NCBI GenBank assembly: GCA_000165345.1 | Contig: CM000434.1 | Span: forward strand, 512,001-576,000 | DNA: 64,000 bases | Direction: 5' to 3' | Shown: one piece after another, positions 10,605-20,700 of the stretch | Layout: every line of letters starts with the position of its first letter | Numbering within the stretch: the stretch's first letter is position 1 | Program-made: the position numbers and the translations under genes | Notes under the pieces: generated by a model | The model's input: only the letters and a program-made list of their open reading frames with translations | Databases searched by the model: none | Told to the model about the DNA's origin: nothing

Positions 10605-12470
10605 TTAATTTACCCAAATTGGTTTATTTCTTTCTAAGTATTTATCTCTTATTTTCTCGAATTTATAAGTAAATTCTGATATTGGAAGCTCTACATCATA
10701 ACATATTTCGATATTTATTTTTTTGTTGTTTGGCTCTACTTCCATATTGTTTAATATCCATTCATTCAGTCTTCTTGGGTCAAACGAGAGCCTAAATACT
10801 CCCATCTTTCTTAAGTTTGAAGTAAAGGTCATATTTCGATAATTAATTAGGCTACACTCTAAATTACAACATCCTGCTAAATCGATAATTTCCAAAAATT
10901 TGCAATTACTTAAAATTTGTATCAGGGCATTAGCTTTGAAATTTAGACAATAAGATAATTTGAGACCAGATATCATTTTTAATTTACTTGGTATCTTATC
11001 AAATATTTTTTCAGAAATGTTGGCACAATAAGAAACATCCAATATTTCTATCCCAGGACAGTTTTCAAAAATTATATCAAGTAATTGATCACTAATGTTT
11101 GTATTTGATAATACCAAAACTTTTAGATTTTTAGAGTAACCAAAAAAATGTTCAAGTTCAATATTTAAAATATTTTTGCAGCCCCTCAAGTCCAAATATT
11201 CAATATTGTAACAATATTCTTTAACAGTTTTGGGAATCTTAGTAATTCCGACGCAGTTTTGAAGTTCTAAGTGTTTAATGCTAGGTTTTGTACAGACACT
11301 CACATCAGTTTTGATTAATTTTTTTTGGTAGTTTGAATTGAATAAATCTTTCAATGAGTTGTCATTAATTGAAAAGTTTTGTTTAATCCTTGATCCTATC
11401 TTTAAAAATTTAATTGAAGACTTCATCCCAATTACTCGAAAAGAAGAGCTTCCGGTAATGCTATTACAATCAATGATTTCTAAGAATTCCAGATTCCTTA
11501 ATCTTAAAAGGAAAAGCGATAGCGCAGAGTCAGTAATGTTATTATTTCCATTGATAGTTAATTTGTTTATAGATGCCGGGAGATATTTTTCGGAAGCAAT
11601 TTCTTTAATATCAGAGTCTTTAATATTTTTACTTGAAATGATCAAACTTCCTAAATTCTTAAAATTGATTATATTGTTAGATTTTTTGCGTAATCTATGA
11701 TTAATTAAAATCTCCCATACGTTACCTTGGAAAAATTTCAATAGCCTACTGTTTACAAATGCTAAATTGGTTGATTTAATTAAGTCATCTTTATAGAATG
11801 AATTATAATTAATGTAGGATTTTTCATTTTCTTCGTAAACAACCGGAGTAACAAGCATTGAGAGAACATAAAATAATAAATCTTCCGGTAGGCTGCTGAT
11901 GCAATTGGTTGAAATGATTGGGTAATTGCCCGAGTTAGTTTTACAGAAGGTATTCTGCCTTTCACCTTCAAACGTACTTTCTGAAGCACAGTTTTTCATC
12001 TTCTGATGATTCATTTGTTCAAATTTTGTAATTTTTTGTTTTTTGGTGATTAGCATTTTATCATTATTATCGGGAAATTTGTTTTTGAAAGTTAGAGATG
12101 ATTTATAAATAATATCATTCCTAGAGCTGAATCTGGGAGATAAAAATTGGGGAGCAATACCTGATACTTTTTCAATAAAGCAAAAAATCGAGTTTGGCGT
12201 TGCATTCGAGAAAAAAAAATATATGTATTTTTTGCTAACCATTGTGAATTTTCCATCTAAATAGAACTTCCAAAAAATTGATAAAATATCCTTTTTAAAT
12301 GAATAATTAAACTCACGATTAAACCCATGGATACAAACTTTGATGTCATCAGCAAATAATTTATAATATATTCCTGTTCCATTGGCACCCAAATTTTGCA
12401 TGATTCTTTTTCCAGAAACATGAACCTCAACATTTGAGGCAAAAAACAACCATTCTGATTCACTCAACAT
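10605..12470 (-). CDS. F-box / leucine-rich-repeat protein (FBXL-like)
   Basis: An F-box-like 'LPEDLLFYVLSML' is followed by many Cys-containing LRRs (LDLRGCKNI, LDVSYCANIS, IDLAGCCNLE). The start is a true ATG at 12470. Confidence 0.75.
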   Translation of the reverse strand: MLSESEWLFFASNVEVHVSGKRIMQNLGANGTGIYYKLFADDIKVCIHGFNREFNYSFKKDILSIFWKFYLDGKFTMVSKKYIYFFFSNATPNSIFCFIEKVSGIAPQFLSPRFSSRNDIIYKSSLTFKNKFPDNNDKMLITKKQKITKFEQMNHQKMKNCASESTFEGERQNTFCKTNSGNYPIISTNCISSLPEDLLFYVLSMLVTPVVYEENEKSYINYNSFYKDDLIKSTNLAFVNSRLLKFFQGNVWEILINHRLRKKSNNIINFKNLGSLIISSKNIKDSDIKEIASEKYLPASINKLTINGNNNITDSALSLFLLRLRNLEFLEIIDCNSITGSSSFRVIGMKSSIKFLKIGSRIKQNFSINDNSLKDLFNSNYQKKLIKTDVSVCTKPSIKHLELQNCVGITKIPKTVKEYCYNIEYLDLRGCKNILNIELEHFFGYSKNLKVLVLSNTNISDQLLDIIFENCPGIEILDVSYCANISEKIFDKIPSKLKMISGLKLSYCLNFKANALIQILSNCKFLEIIDLAGCCNLECSLINYRNMTFTSNLRKMGVFRLSFDPRRLNEWILNNMEVEPNNKKINIEICYDVELPISEFTYKFEKIRDKYLERNKPIWVN

Positions 12471-12704
12471 TCCAGCCCCGACTTACATCTTTATTTTCAG
12501 TATTTAAGTTTTTTTCGCACAAAATCAAACAAAAATTAATCAGCTTATTCTGTGAGAAATCTTATTAAGAGATACCCGGCAAAATACTAAATTTTTGTCC
12601 GGCAGATATTTATATATTAGTGCTTTGGCAAATATGATTAAAATTTTTTAAACGAAAATTAACTAATTTCTATTCAAAGTTACTAGTTGGATAGTGCCTT
12701 TAGC

Positions 12705-13568
12705 TCACATTGTTGGCTGTTGGGTATAATTTCCCTCGGCCATAACTGGGGGACCAAAGTATGCAAGCGCATTTCTACTTTTATAGTATTCATTTCTAAC
12801 AGCTGATTGGGTCATTTTGATTCTAGACTTGAGAGCGATACTTTCAAAAATTCCAGCCCAAAGTGTTACATGAGTAAGCGCAATGATTGTTACCAATGTT
12901 GCAAGAGAACCAATAGTTTTGCAATCTGGGAAGATGATTGTTAAAAACATAAAAATACCGGAAACTTTGCACAATAATATGCTCGCAAATCCTAGTATCT
13001 CTCTGGTTCCATCGCTTGAATAAACTTCAACGAGAAATGCAGCGAATCCAAGTATTGTTAGTCCAACACTCGTAATAGCTAAGCCTGCATTATACATACA
13101 TTTAATTACGTGGTTGAGATCTAGACCAGATAGAGCATTACCTTCATAGTAACCCACATTTGAGTACAATGTAACTACAATAAGTATCAATCCCAACAAA
13201 ATAACGAGAGAGCCTTGGCCAAATGCTTTACATCCTGACCTAAACCCACGTGTTTGGCTAATACTGCCATCATCGTCCATTAGAATTGTCGACATATTTA
13301 AGCATATTACACCAAAAATCATAAATATCATAAAGAACAACGCTGTTCCAGTTGAGTTTGTTGCTTCGTTAAATGGGCTTAAGAACTTTGTTATGTGCAA
13401 TCCAAATCCACTAAATATTGAGCAGATCGTCAGGCCAATAAAACCCAAAAGCATTGAACCAAATCCCAGTTTGAGGTTGTTTACTAAAAAGTTTTCAAAA
13501 AATAATGGTTGCGAAGGCCCTCTTCCTTCAGGAGCATCTCCTGGTCGAACTACATACGTAAAATACAT
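12705..13568 (-). CDS. small multi-pass (about 4-6 TM) membrane protein, paralog A
   Basis: Hydrophobic segments alternate with short loops, and there is a GFRSG loop motif. The start at 13568 is a true ATG. Confidence 0.7.
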   Translation of the reverse strand: MYFTYVVRPGDAPEGRGPSQPLFFENFLVNNLKLGFGSMLLGFIGLTICSIFSGFGLHITKFLSPFNEATNSTGTALFFMIFMIFGVICLNMSTILMDDDGSISQTRGFRSGCKAFGQGSLVILLGLILIVVTLYSNVGYYEGNALSGLDLNHVIKCMYNAGLAITSVGLTILGFAAFLVEVYSSDGTREILGFASILLCKVSGIFMFLTIIFPDCKTIGSLATLVTIIALTHVTLWAGIFESIALKSRIKMTQSAVRNEYYKSRNALAYFGPPVMAEGNYTQQPTM

Positions 13569-14465
13569 GGTCTCGATTTAGATTCAATTAATAAAATCAG
13601 AGCTATTAAAATTTAAGATTAAACGGTATTGTCCTTTAAAAGCCGTTTAAATTGATAAAGGCACTAACAGTACATGTATTGTTTATAATTTTTATTGCAA
13701 AACCCAAGCATGTCTCCGTAATTAAATTTTTATTGCACGTACAGTTCTCCATGCGTGAGTACACCTTTCCACAAGAAAGTTCCCCATTTTTGAAGATGCG
13801 GATCGCTTTTTTTTTTTTTAAATTTTTAAAGGGTAGACAAAACGTTTATCATAAAAACAATTTCCTCCAAAAATGTTATAAACGATACTTACAGTTATTA
13901 AGGCAATCTAATATCTAAGTTGTTTTCATTAGATAGTGAGCTGTTGTTTCTAAATTAGGGAGTAGAAAAGACTTGGCCGAATAATTTGTTTATTAAGTGC
14001 TAATCTATGCGCATCACTTAAATGAGATCAAAATACTCTAGTAATTGTTTCTATTTACGATTGATTTAGCGATAAAGCAATTTCAATTTGAAAATACATG
14101 CTTAATTTGTTAATGTTACATTAATCTTCAAATCTAGTTTAGAGACAAGACATCACATTCCGGTTGTCGCTAATAGGTTTATAAATACAATAAGGACAAT
14201 ACGACGTGGCGGATTTGTGTGGCATGCATACGTATTAATTAATTGGGACATTTAATAATAGTTACAAAACAGCGCATCAGAGCTAGGAAATACACCAACT
14301 ATTAATTTGTTTATTAGAGGTACTAATAGACATATTATATGTATTAATTTGTCTACATAATGTAGCCTGGATACAAAAACGTTAAGCACATACACACAAA
14401 ATTATTGCAAGAGATTATTCTTAAGAACTAAATATTAAACGCACAGGAGGCAAGTTAGATTCTAT

Positions 14466-14480
14466 TGGCTTAGCGCGATT
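14466..14480. promoter_or_regulatory. GCGCG E2F-like element about 85 bp upstream of the paralog-B ATG
   Basis: 'TTAGCGCGATTTT' followed by a T15 run; position relative to the start codon. Confidence 0.3.
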
Positions 14481-14561
14481 TTTTTTTTTTTTTCCAGAAC
14501 TAATCTTGATTTCGGAAGTCATAAACAAGCACTCATAAAGCTAAGTGATAAGAATAATAAA

Positions 14562-15593
14562 ATGTATTCTCAACCATATTCTGGAGAGGAGCCTATGCTC
14601 TATCAAAGTAGAGGTCCAAACAAGTCCTCTACTAATCAATTTAATATGTCTGCAACTAATGGCATGCAGGTAATAAACGATGGAATAATGGACGATGAAG
14701 CCTTAAATGAAAGAGGTGAAGAGATTACCCCACTTATATCGAATTTCTCTTGTATTACTCTCAGGACTGGGACGTTATTGCAATGCGCAAGCTTACTTGT
14801 ATTGATTATCCTATATAATGTATTTGGCAATAAAGGATTATTTACGTTTGACCTATATGGCAATGGCGGTACTTTAGCTGAGGATTTGAGTTATTATGCA
14901 GGAGTTGTTTCGATGCTATGCGTATATTTTATTGGTGTTTTGTTCTTAGCAGGATTCCAAGAATTTATCGCAGATAACTCAAAAGCTCCTTTGGGATTTA
15001 GAGCAGGCTCGAGACTACTAAACACAGCAAATATTATTCAGATTATCGTGGTTGCACTTAGAGTTACACAATTTTCGTTTACATACAGCTATTTCAATCA
15101 GAAATGGTATGGAAAATTTAGCCAAACAAAGGGCGACTGGTGTTTGTACAATTTTGGAATTGTTTGTGAGGCAGTTAGCTTAATAATGTACGGTATTAGC
15201 TTCTTTTATGTAGAGTCATATGCGGACGTTGGAGTTGGTGAGCAGTATGCTTATTGGATGTTAACTTTATTTACATTGGCTGGAATCTCTGAACTAATGA
15301 TGCTTTTCACAGGTTTTGGTAGCTTCTTTATCCTTTTCTTTGCAGCCGCTCTTATTGTCACATGTACTTGGGCATTTCAATTTGAACCCCTTCTAGAATC
15401 AAACTCACCTTTGCTATTTTCAAGAGATATCAATGCAGACGTTTTACCAAAGGAAACTCCACTAGATGATATGAGCATTGAAAAGAATCAAACTGTCAAC
15501 AATTATCAGCCAAATTTTACTTATCAACTTTATGCAGGCGCATCTGGAGTTTCTAGTGTTCCAAATCCGTATGGGGTTGAAATGCAACAATAA
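14562..15593 (+). CDS. small multi-pass membrane protein, paralog B, transcribed divergently from paralog A
   Basis: The TM topology is similar to the 12705..13568 protein and it shares a 'GFRAG' loop (versus 'GFRSG'). It has a true ATG start. Confidence 0.7.
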   Translation: MYSQPYSGEEPMLYQSRGPNKSSTNQFNMSATNGMQVINDGIMDDEALNERGEEITPLISNFSCITLRTGTLLQCASLLVLIILYNVFGNKGLFTFDLYGNGGTLAEDLSYYAGVVSMLCVYFIGVLFLAGFQEFIADNSKAPLGFRAGSRLLNTANIIQIIVVALRVTQFSFTYSYFNQKWYGKFSQTKGDWCLYNFGIVCEAVSLIMYGISFFYVESYADVGVGEQYAYWMLTLFTLAGISELMMLFTGFGSFFILFFAAALIVTCTWAFQFEPLLESNSPLLFSRDINADVLPKETPLDDMSIEKNQTVNNYQPNFTYQLYAGASGVSSVPNPYGVEMQQ

Positions 15594-15880
15594 ATGAAGA
15601 TTTGGGCGCATAATTAAATAATTATTAATATGTTACATATCTCGATTTATTTTAATAAGACAAGAATATTGGAATTTATTAGAGTAACATAGACTGTAAG
15701 GAAATTAGACACAAATTTAAAAGGAAGCTTGCCGAACAACTTTAATATGAAACTATAGTTTGGCTCCATTTTGAATCTTCTAGTTTTAATCATTCTTAAT
15801 AATAGGATACGAAATAATTTTTCCCATTTTGCTTTCACTCTAGGGTCTAAAATTGTATATACATGTTAGGGCTAACACCT

Positions 15881-15889
15881 TTTCCCGCC
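15881..15889. promoter_or_regulatory. canonical E2F-type site TTTCCCGCC about 45 bp upstream of the DPH-like gene
   Basis: Exact match to TTTSSCGC in an AT-rich spacer. Confidence 0.4.
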
Positions 15890-15931
15890 ATTTATTAATA
15901 GTAAATTTATACAATAGCTATTTTTAATAAG

Positions 15932-17425
15932 ATGGACTCTACAATAGCAAATCCGAATATTTCACTTAGTAATGATATTAATTATAAAAGATTTGACCCT
16001 GGATATTCTGACATAGAAAATATTGAATTATTAAAAGAGGCAATTAGGGTTGGACTACCTTCTCATTATGATTTTGAAATAATTAAAACAATTAAAAAAA
16101 TTAATGAAATAAAATCTATCTCAGATGAGCGTGAAAACTTTACCGTGTATTTACAAATGCCGGAAGGGTTGTTAGTTTTTTCTCAATCTATTTCTCTTAT
16201 TTTACAACACTTTGCCCGAACGAGTGTAGTAATTTTGGGGGATATAACATATGGAGGATGCTGCATAGAAGATCAATTAATGAGCATATTAGAATCTTCA
16301 CATTCAAAATCATCAAACCAGTCTTTACTGGTGCATTATGCTCATTCATGTTTAATTCCATTTGAAGAATTAGCTATGTCTAAAGACATTAATATTGCAA
16401 ACATTCTTTATATCTTCGTTGAAATTAATTTGTTATCGGATCATTTTATTCAAACTATCAAGCATAATTTTAAAAAAGAAGATAAGATTGCACTATTATC
16501 AACTATTCAATATCATAGCACAATTGTTGGTTCTCAGAAGTGCTTGAATGATTATTTTTTAAACCCAGTAAAAATTCCGGTTTGTGACCCATTGGCATGG
16601 GGCGAAACCCTCGGATGTACCAGCGCAATTATTGATGGCGATGTAGAAAAGTGCATTTTTCTTTCGGATGGTAGATTTCATCTTGAAAGCGCTATGATAC
16701 AAAATCCAAGTAAAGTATTTTATTTATATGAGCCTTTTTCAAAAAAAATTACAAGAGAAACTTATAGTCATCAGCTTTTACATGAAATAAGAAAAAGTTC
16801 AATAGTAAATTCGTTCAAAATAGTTCAAGCGGGCGGAAGTAATTTAATTAATGACTCTGTAGTGATTGGAATATTCTTCAGTACATTAGGCCGTCAAGGG
16901 AGTTTTGCAATAGTTGAAAGACTGGAAAAACTTATAAATAAATATAATACGAACACAAATAATAAAACAAAAATTGTCGCTTGCACTATTTTTGCTTCAG
17001 ATTTATCTGCAGAATGTATAAATGATAATATTTTAGAAGGGGTCGACTATTCAATACAGCTTGCATGCCCCAGGCTTTCTACTGACTGGGGAGCCTATTA
17101 TAAAAAGCCGATTCTAAATTCATATGAGGCATTTGTATTATTGGGAAATCTTTCTAATAATAACTTCCAGTTTTTTTGTGATATGGAAAATAATTTAGAT
17201 TTATCAAACTCCGAATTTTCATACCTCCAAACTTACCCAATGAATTATTGGGCATCAAATGGTAATATTTGGTGTAACTATTATTCAGATGAATCTAGAA
17301 ACGGAAGTTTTGGAGCATCTAAGGACCAAATTGATGAGATAAAGTACAATATTAGGCAGAACAAACTCAAGAACTTGACTAAAAGAAAAATTAACTTGCA
17401 ATATGAAAGAAATGAGTTAGCTTAG
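15932..17425 (+). CDS. diphthamide biosynthesis protein, DPH1/DPH2 family (radical-SAM-like 2-(3-amino-3-carboxypropyl)histidine synthase subunit)
   Basis: It has the family N-terminal motif 'HYDFEIIKTIKKI' (compare N[YF]NFEIxKTxW) and the Fe-S region 'GDITYGGCCIED'. The size and C-terminal extension fit DPH2. Confidence 0.75.
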   Translation: MDSTIANPNISLSNDINYKRFDPGYSDIENIELLKEAIRVGLPSHYDFEIIKTIKKINEIKSISDERENFTVYLQMPEGLLVFSQSISLILQHFARTSVVILGDITYGGCCIEDQLMSILESSHSKSSNQSLLVHYAHSCLIPFEELAMSKDINIANILYIFVEINLLSDHFIQTIKHNFKKEDKIALLSTIQYHSTIVGSQKCLNDYFLNPVKIPVCDPLAWGETLGCTSAIIDGDVEKCIFLSDGRFHLESAMIQNPSKVFYLYEPFSKKITRETYSHQLLHEIRKSSIVNSFKIVQAGGSNLINDSVVIGIFFSTLGRQGSFAIVERLEKLINKYNTNTNNKTKIVACTIFASDLSAECINDNILEGVDYSIQLACPRLSTDWGAYYKKPILNSYEAFVLLGNLSNNNFQFFCDMENNLDLSNSEFSYLQTYPMNYWASNGNIWCNYYSDESRNGSFGASKDQIDEIKYNIRQNKLKNLTKRKINLQYERNELA

Positions 17426-17714
17426 TTTAAATTGAACAAAATTAGGCTTTAATTATATTAGCAAAATCACTTTTAGTATAATAGACTATTAATAATTTTT
17501 AATAATAATACTTTACATCTGACAAATATCGTTATAAATCACAATTTATGTAACACAAAGCCGGTACTTTGTCTTGTCGTTTGATTAAAATAATTTGATT
17601 AAAGCTATAGTAAAAAAATTTTATGGTATAACAATTCCAATCTAATCGAGCAACATTAAAGATATATTTTTGTCTGTGGGAAGTATAAAAAAAGAAGTTG
17701 ATAAATATGGTAAT

Positions 17715-20700
17715 ATGGAAGAAGTTAATATAAATCAAGTTTTACTAGAAAGAGGGATTAGTTACACTTGTACTCAAATACTTGATGCCCATGCAAAAAA
17801 ATTAAAAAATGAAATTAATACTAGATGTAGAGAATTTCAGTCTGTTGATGAGCTGATAAATTTTTCAAATTCAGATCAAAACAGAAATGATTCAAATGGC
17901 TTGCTTTCAAATTTTGATTGGAGAAGTAGTTATTTACCGCATATTTATTCTGCTACATTAGGATTGAAAAATGGCTTTATTGACCCAAAGCTGCAAGGCG
18001 AGCTATATCAATCCATTTTAAAGTGCATTAATCAAGGGTTTGTCTCCGGAAATATTGGTATTGTAAGGATTTCTGACCATTCTCATCCTGTCAGATTAGC
18101 GACTCCAATTGATAAAACATGCTATTCCCTTGTTTGGCGTAAAAAAGATTTATCCGAAACTCACGACATTCCTATAGTATTAGGAGAATATACTGGGGAT
18201 GTGAAATACGTCGGAGATGAGGAAATTAGTGACGAGTCATATTCATTCCAGCTTACTTTTAAAAGTTCGGCATTTAAATTCACAGGCGCTGTTGTATCAG
18301 GTAGTCATCAACAATTTGGTGATTTTTCAGCAAATAACACAGATAAATTGAGTGATCAACCAACTTATTTTCCTGATGAGTTTGAATATACTGAGGCAAA
18401 TGATAATTCATATTCCCCAAATAAGTCTTCTTTCTTCTCAAAGCCGTTTAGTCAAACCCGAAATGAATTACTTTCAACTGATGGTAACATTAAAAAAATA
18501 GGAGCTAGGCTTTTACTTCCAAATGAAAATGAATATATATTATCAGCTGACAAGACTTGTAATGAAATGGCATTTCTTAATCATTATGAATGCGTGTTTA
18601 ATAATAATTTTAACTTTAGAATAAATGTTCAATGGCATTCTGTTTATGTTGATGGATGGCCGCATATCATTTTAACTTCTATTCCTGGGGTTGGAATCAA
18701 ATTAGGCGACGAACTTGCAGCAGACTTTGGTGAAAACTGGTTTTCTAGAATTCGGCGTATTTCTGAAAACAATATTAAAAACGAGCTAATTTTATTTAGG
18801 TTAAGATTTAATAGTGGTAATAATCAGGGGAGTGTAAATTTTTCAGATTTAGATGAGAATTTATCACTTAAACAAACTGATTCGAAAGACTCTCTATCTA
18901 ATTGTGGAATTAGCGGACTAATAAATTTTTATGAAATCTGCGAAGTTTGTCAGAACTCGATCACCTCACAGGCAAGAAAAAGTTATTACAAGCCAAAGAA
19001 TGAAGACAGTGTTTTATTTTTAAAATCAAAATTTGATTACTTGCTTTGCAATGGATGCAATAGAGCCTTTCACTGGTACTGCGTAAATCGCCCTGAGTTT
19101 AGAGATCTTAAAACTAGTTCAAAAAATTGGTTCTGCTTTCAATGTCTTTCATTGACTTTGAGAATTCTTCCATCACTGATATATAGAATTCCTAATTTAA
19201 CTCCTGGATTAATAAACTCCATTCAAAATTTGTATAACTCTACCGATGATTTAATTCCAGGCGTAATTGATGCAATAGGAAATGTTGTTCTTAGGTCAAC
19301 AGATGAAGTTAATACAGAAGACCCCAAAAGCATCGTATTTAGGCCTCCAGAATATTTCGATTATAATTTAAGGCATTTTAACGAGTATGGTGGCCTTGAA
19401 GGTCTTACTAAACTCAAACCTTGCTATTTGTGTTACTCGTCGTCAACCATTTCAAATCAAATGATTGGCATTGCAACGATATGCAGAATACATAGGCTTC
19501 ACATTGCTCCAGATTATGACGAATTTTTTAATTCAGTTCAGTACACCTATAATTCTGATAACAATCAACTGGTAAGTAACAGTTCCCTTCATTTATCTTT
19601 GGTAGCTGATGATTATGGTAAACGAAAGTATACAGCCTCCACACAAAGTAGCACAGAAGATATTATAAGACCACACATAAAGAAACTTTCTGGTTCAAGA
19701 TATATTATTGAAAGGAGTAGGAGAGTTATTTGTTCTCTTAGACAATCTCTCTATCAGTCAGAAAAACACAGAGTAGAACTATTATATAAACTTGAAAAAT
19801 TAAGAAAAATTCAGGATGAATATTTTAGAAATATAAGCGAAGGAAATGGCATGATTCCAGTACTATGTATTAAACTCGGAAGTACAATACTAAATAAAGA
19901 GTTTTCCGGTAGGCTTTATCAAGGAGTTATATCACGCTACTATCCAAAAGAGAGGATATTTCATATAGAATATCTTGACGGGGATCGCGAGGATTTAGAG
20001 TATAATGATTTTATTTCATTATTAGCTAATGACATTGAGAATCATCGAATAAATATCGATGATTTATTAATTACCGATAACCACGTAAAAAGTACCAAGA
20101 AAACGTCTGAAAATCTTATACCTTATAGAAATTCAAAAAAGCATACAATATTTGGGATATCTGAAGAATTTTATAAATCCGAAAACTTTGAATTTAATAT
20201 TATCAAAATGAAAAATGAAAAATTATTGACTGAGACTTACAAGAATTTTAATATCGATTCAATTTATGATAAGGTTAAATTGATTCACAAATTTATTATT
20301 CAAGAGTGCAAAATGAATCAAGATAATGAAGATGCAATATTAATTAGAGAAACCCCCAAGTATGAATATATTGATCAACCTGAATGGAATATTATTTGTG
20401 GATCATTAAACATAGAATCAAATTTAATCAAGTATTTTGTTGGCGTAAATATTTCTCGGATCAGTCACAAAACAACCACATTTAATATTACTTCAAAAAT
20501 TTGCATTGGGAATGTATTCCTAATTAAAACCATCCCCATAACAATCTATAACGAGTTTAGTATTAATAATGACGAATTAGCCGAGCTAAATGAAAAAAGC
20601 CACTCCGAAATATTAAATACGATTAGATTTTCAGCAATAGAAATACTTGCTTGGACTCAGAGCCGTTTGAGTGAAATTTTTATTAAAGAAACAAGTTTAA

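Noticed and set aside
13652..13918. 88-aa ORF in the 1-kb spacer between the tetraspan paralogs
   Set aside because: Low-complexity, Phe/Lys-rich translation of poly-T-containing spacer. It could still mark an unannotated transcript, and is noted in the findings as spacer of interest only.
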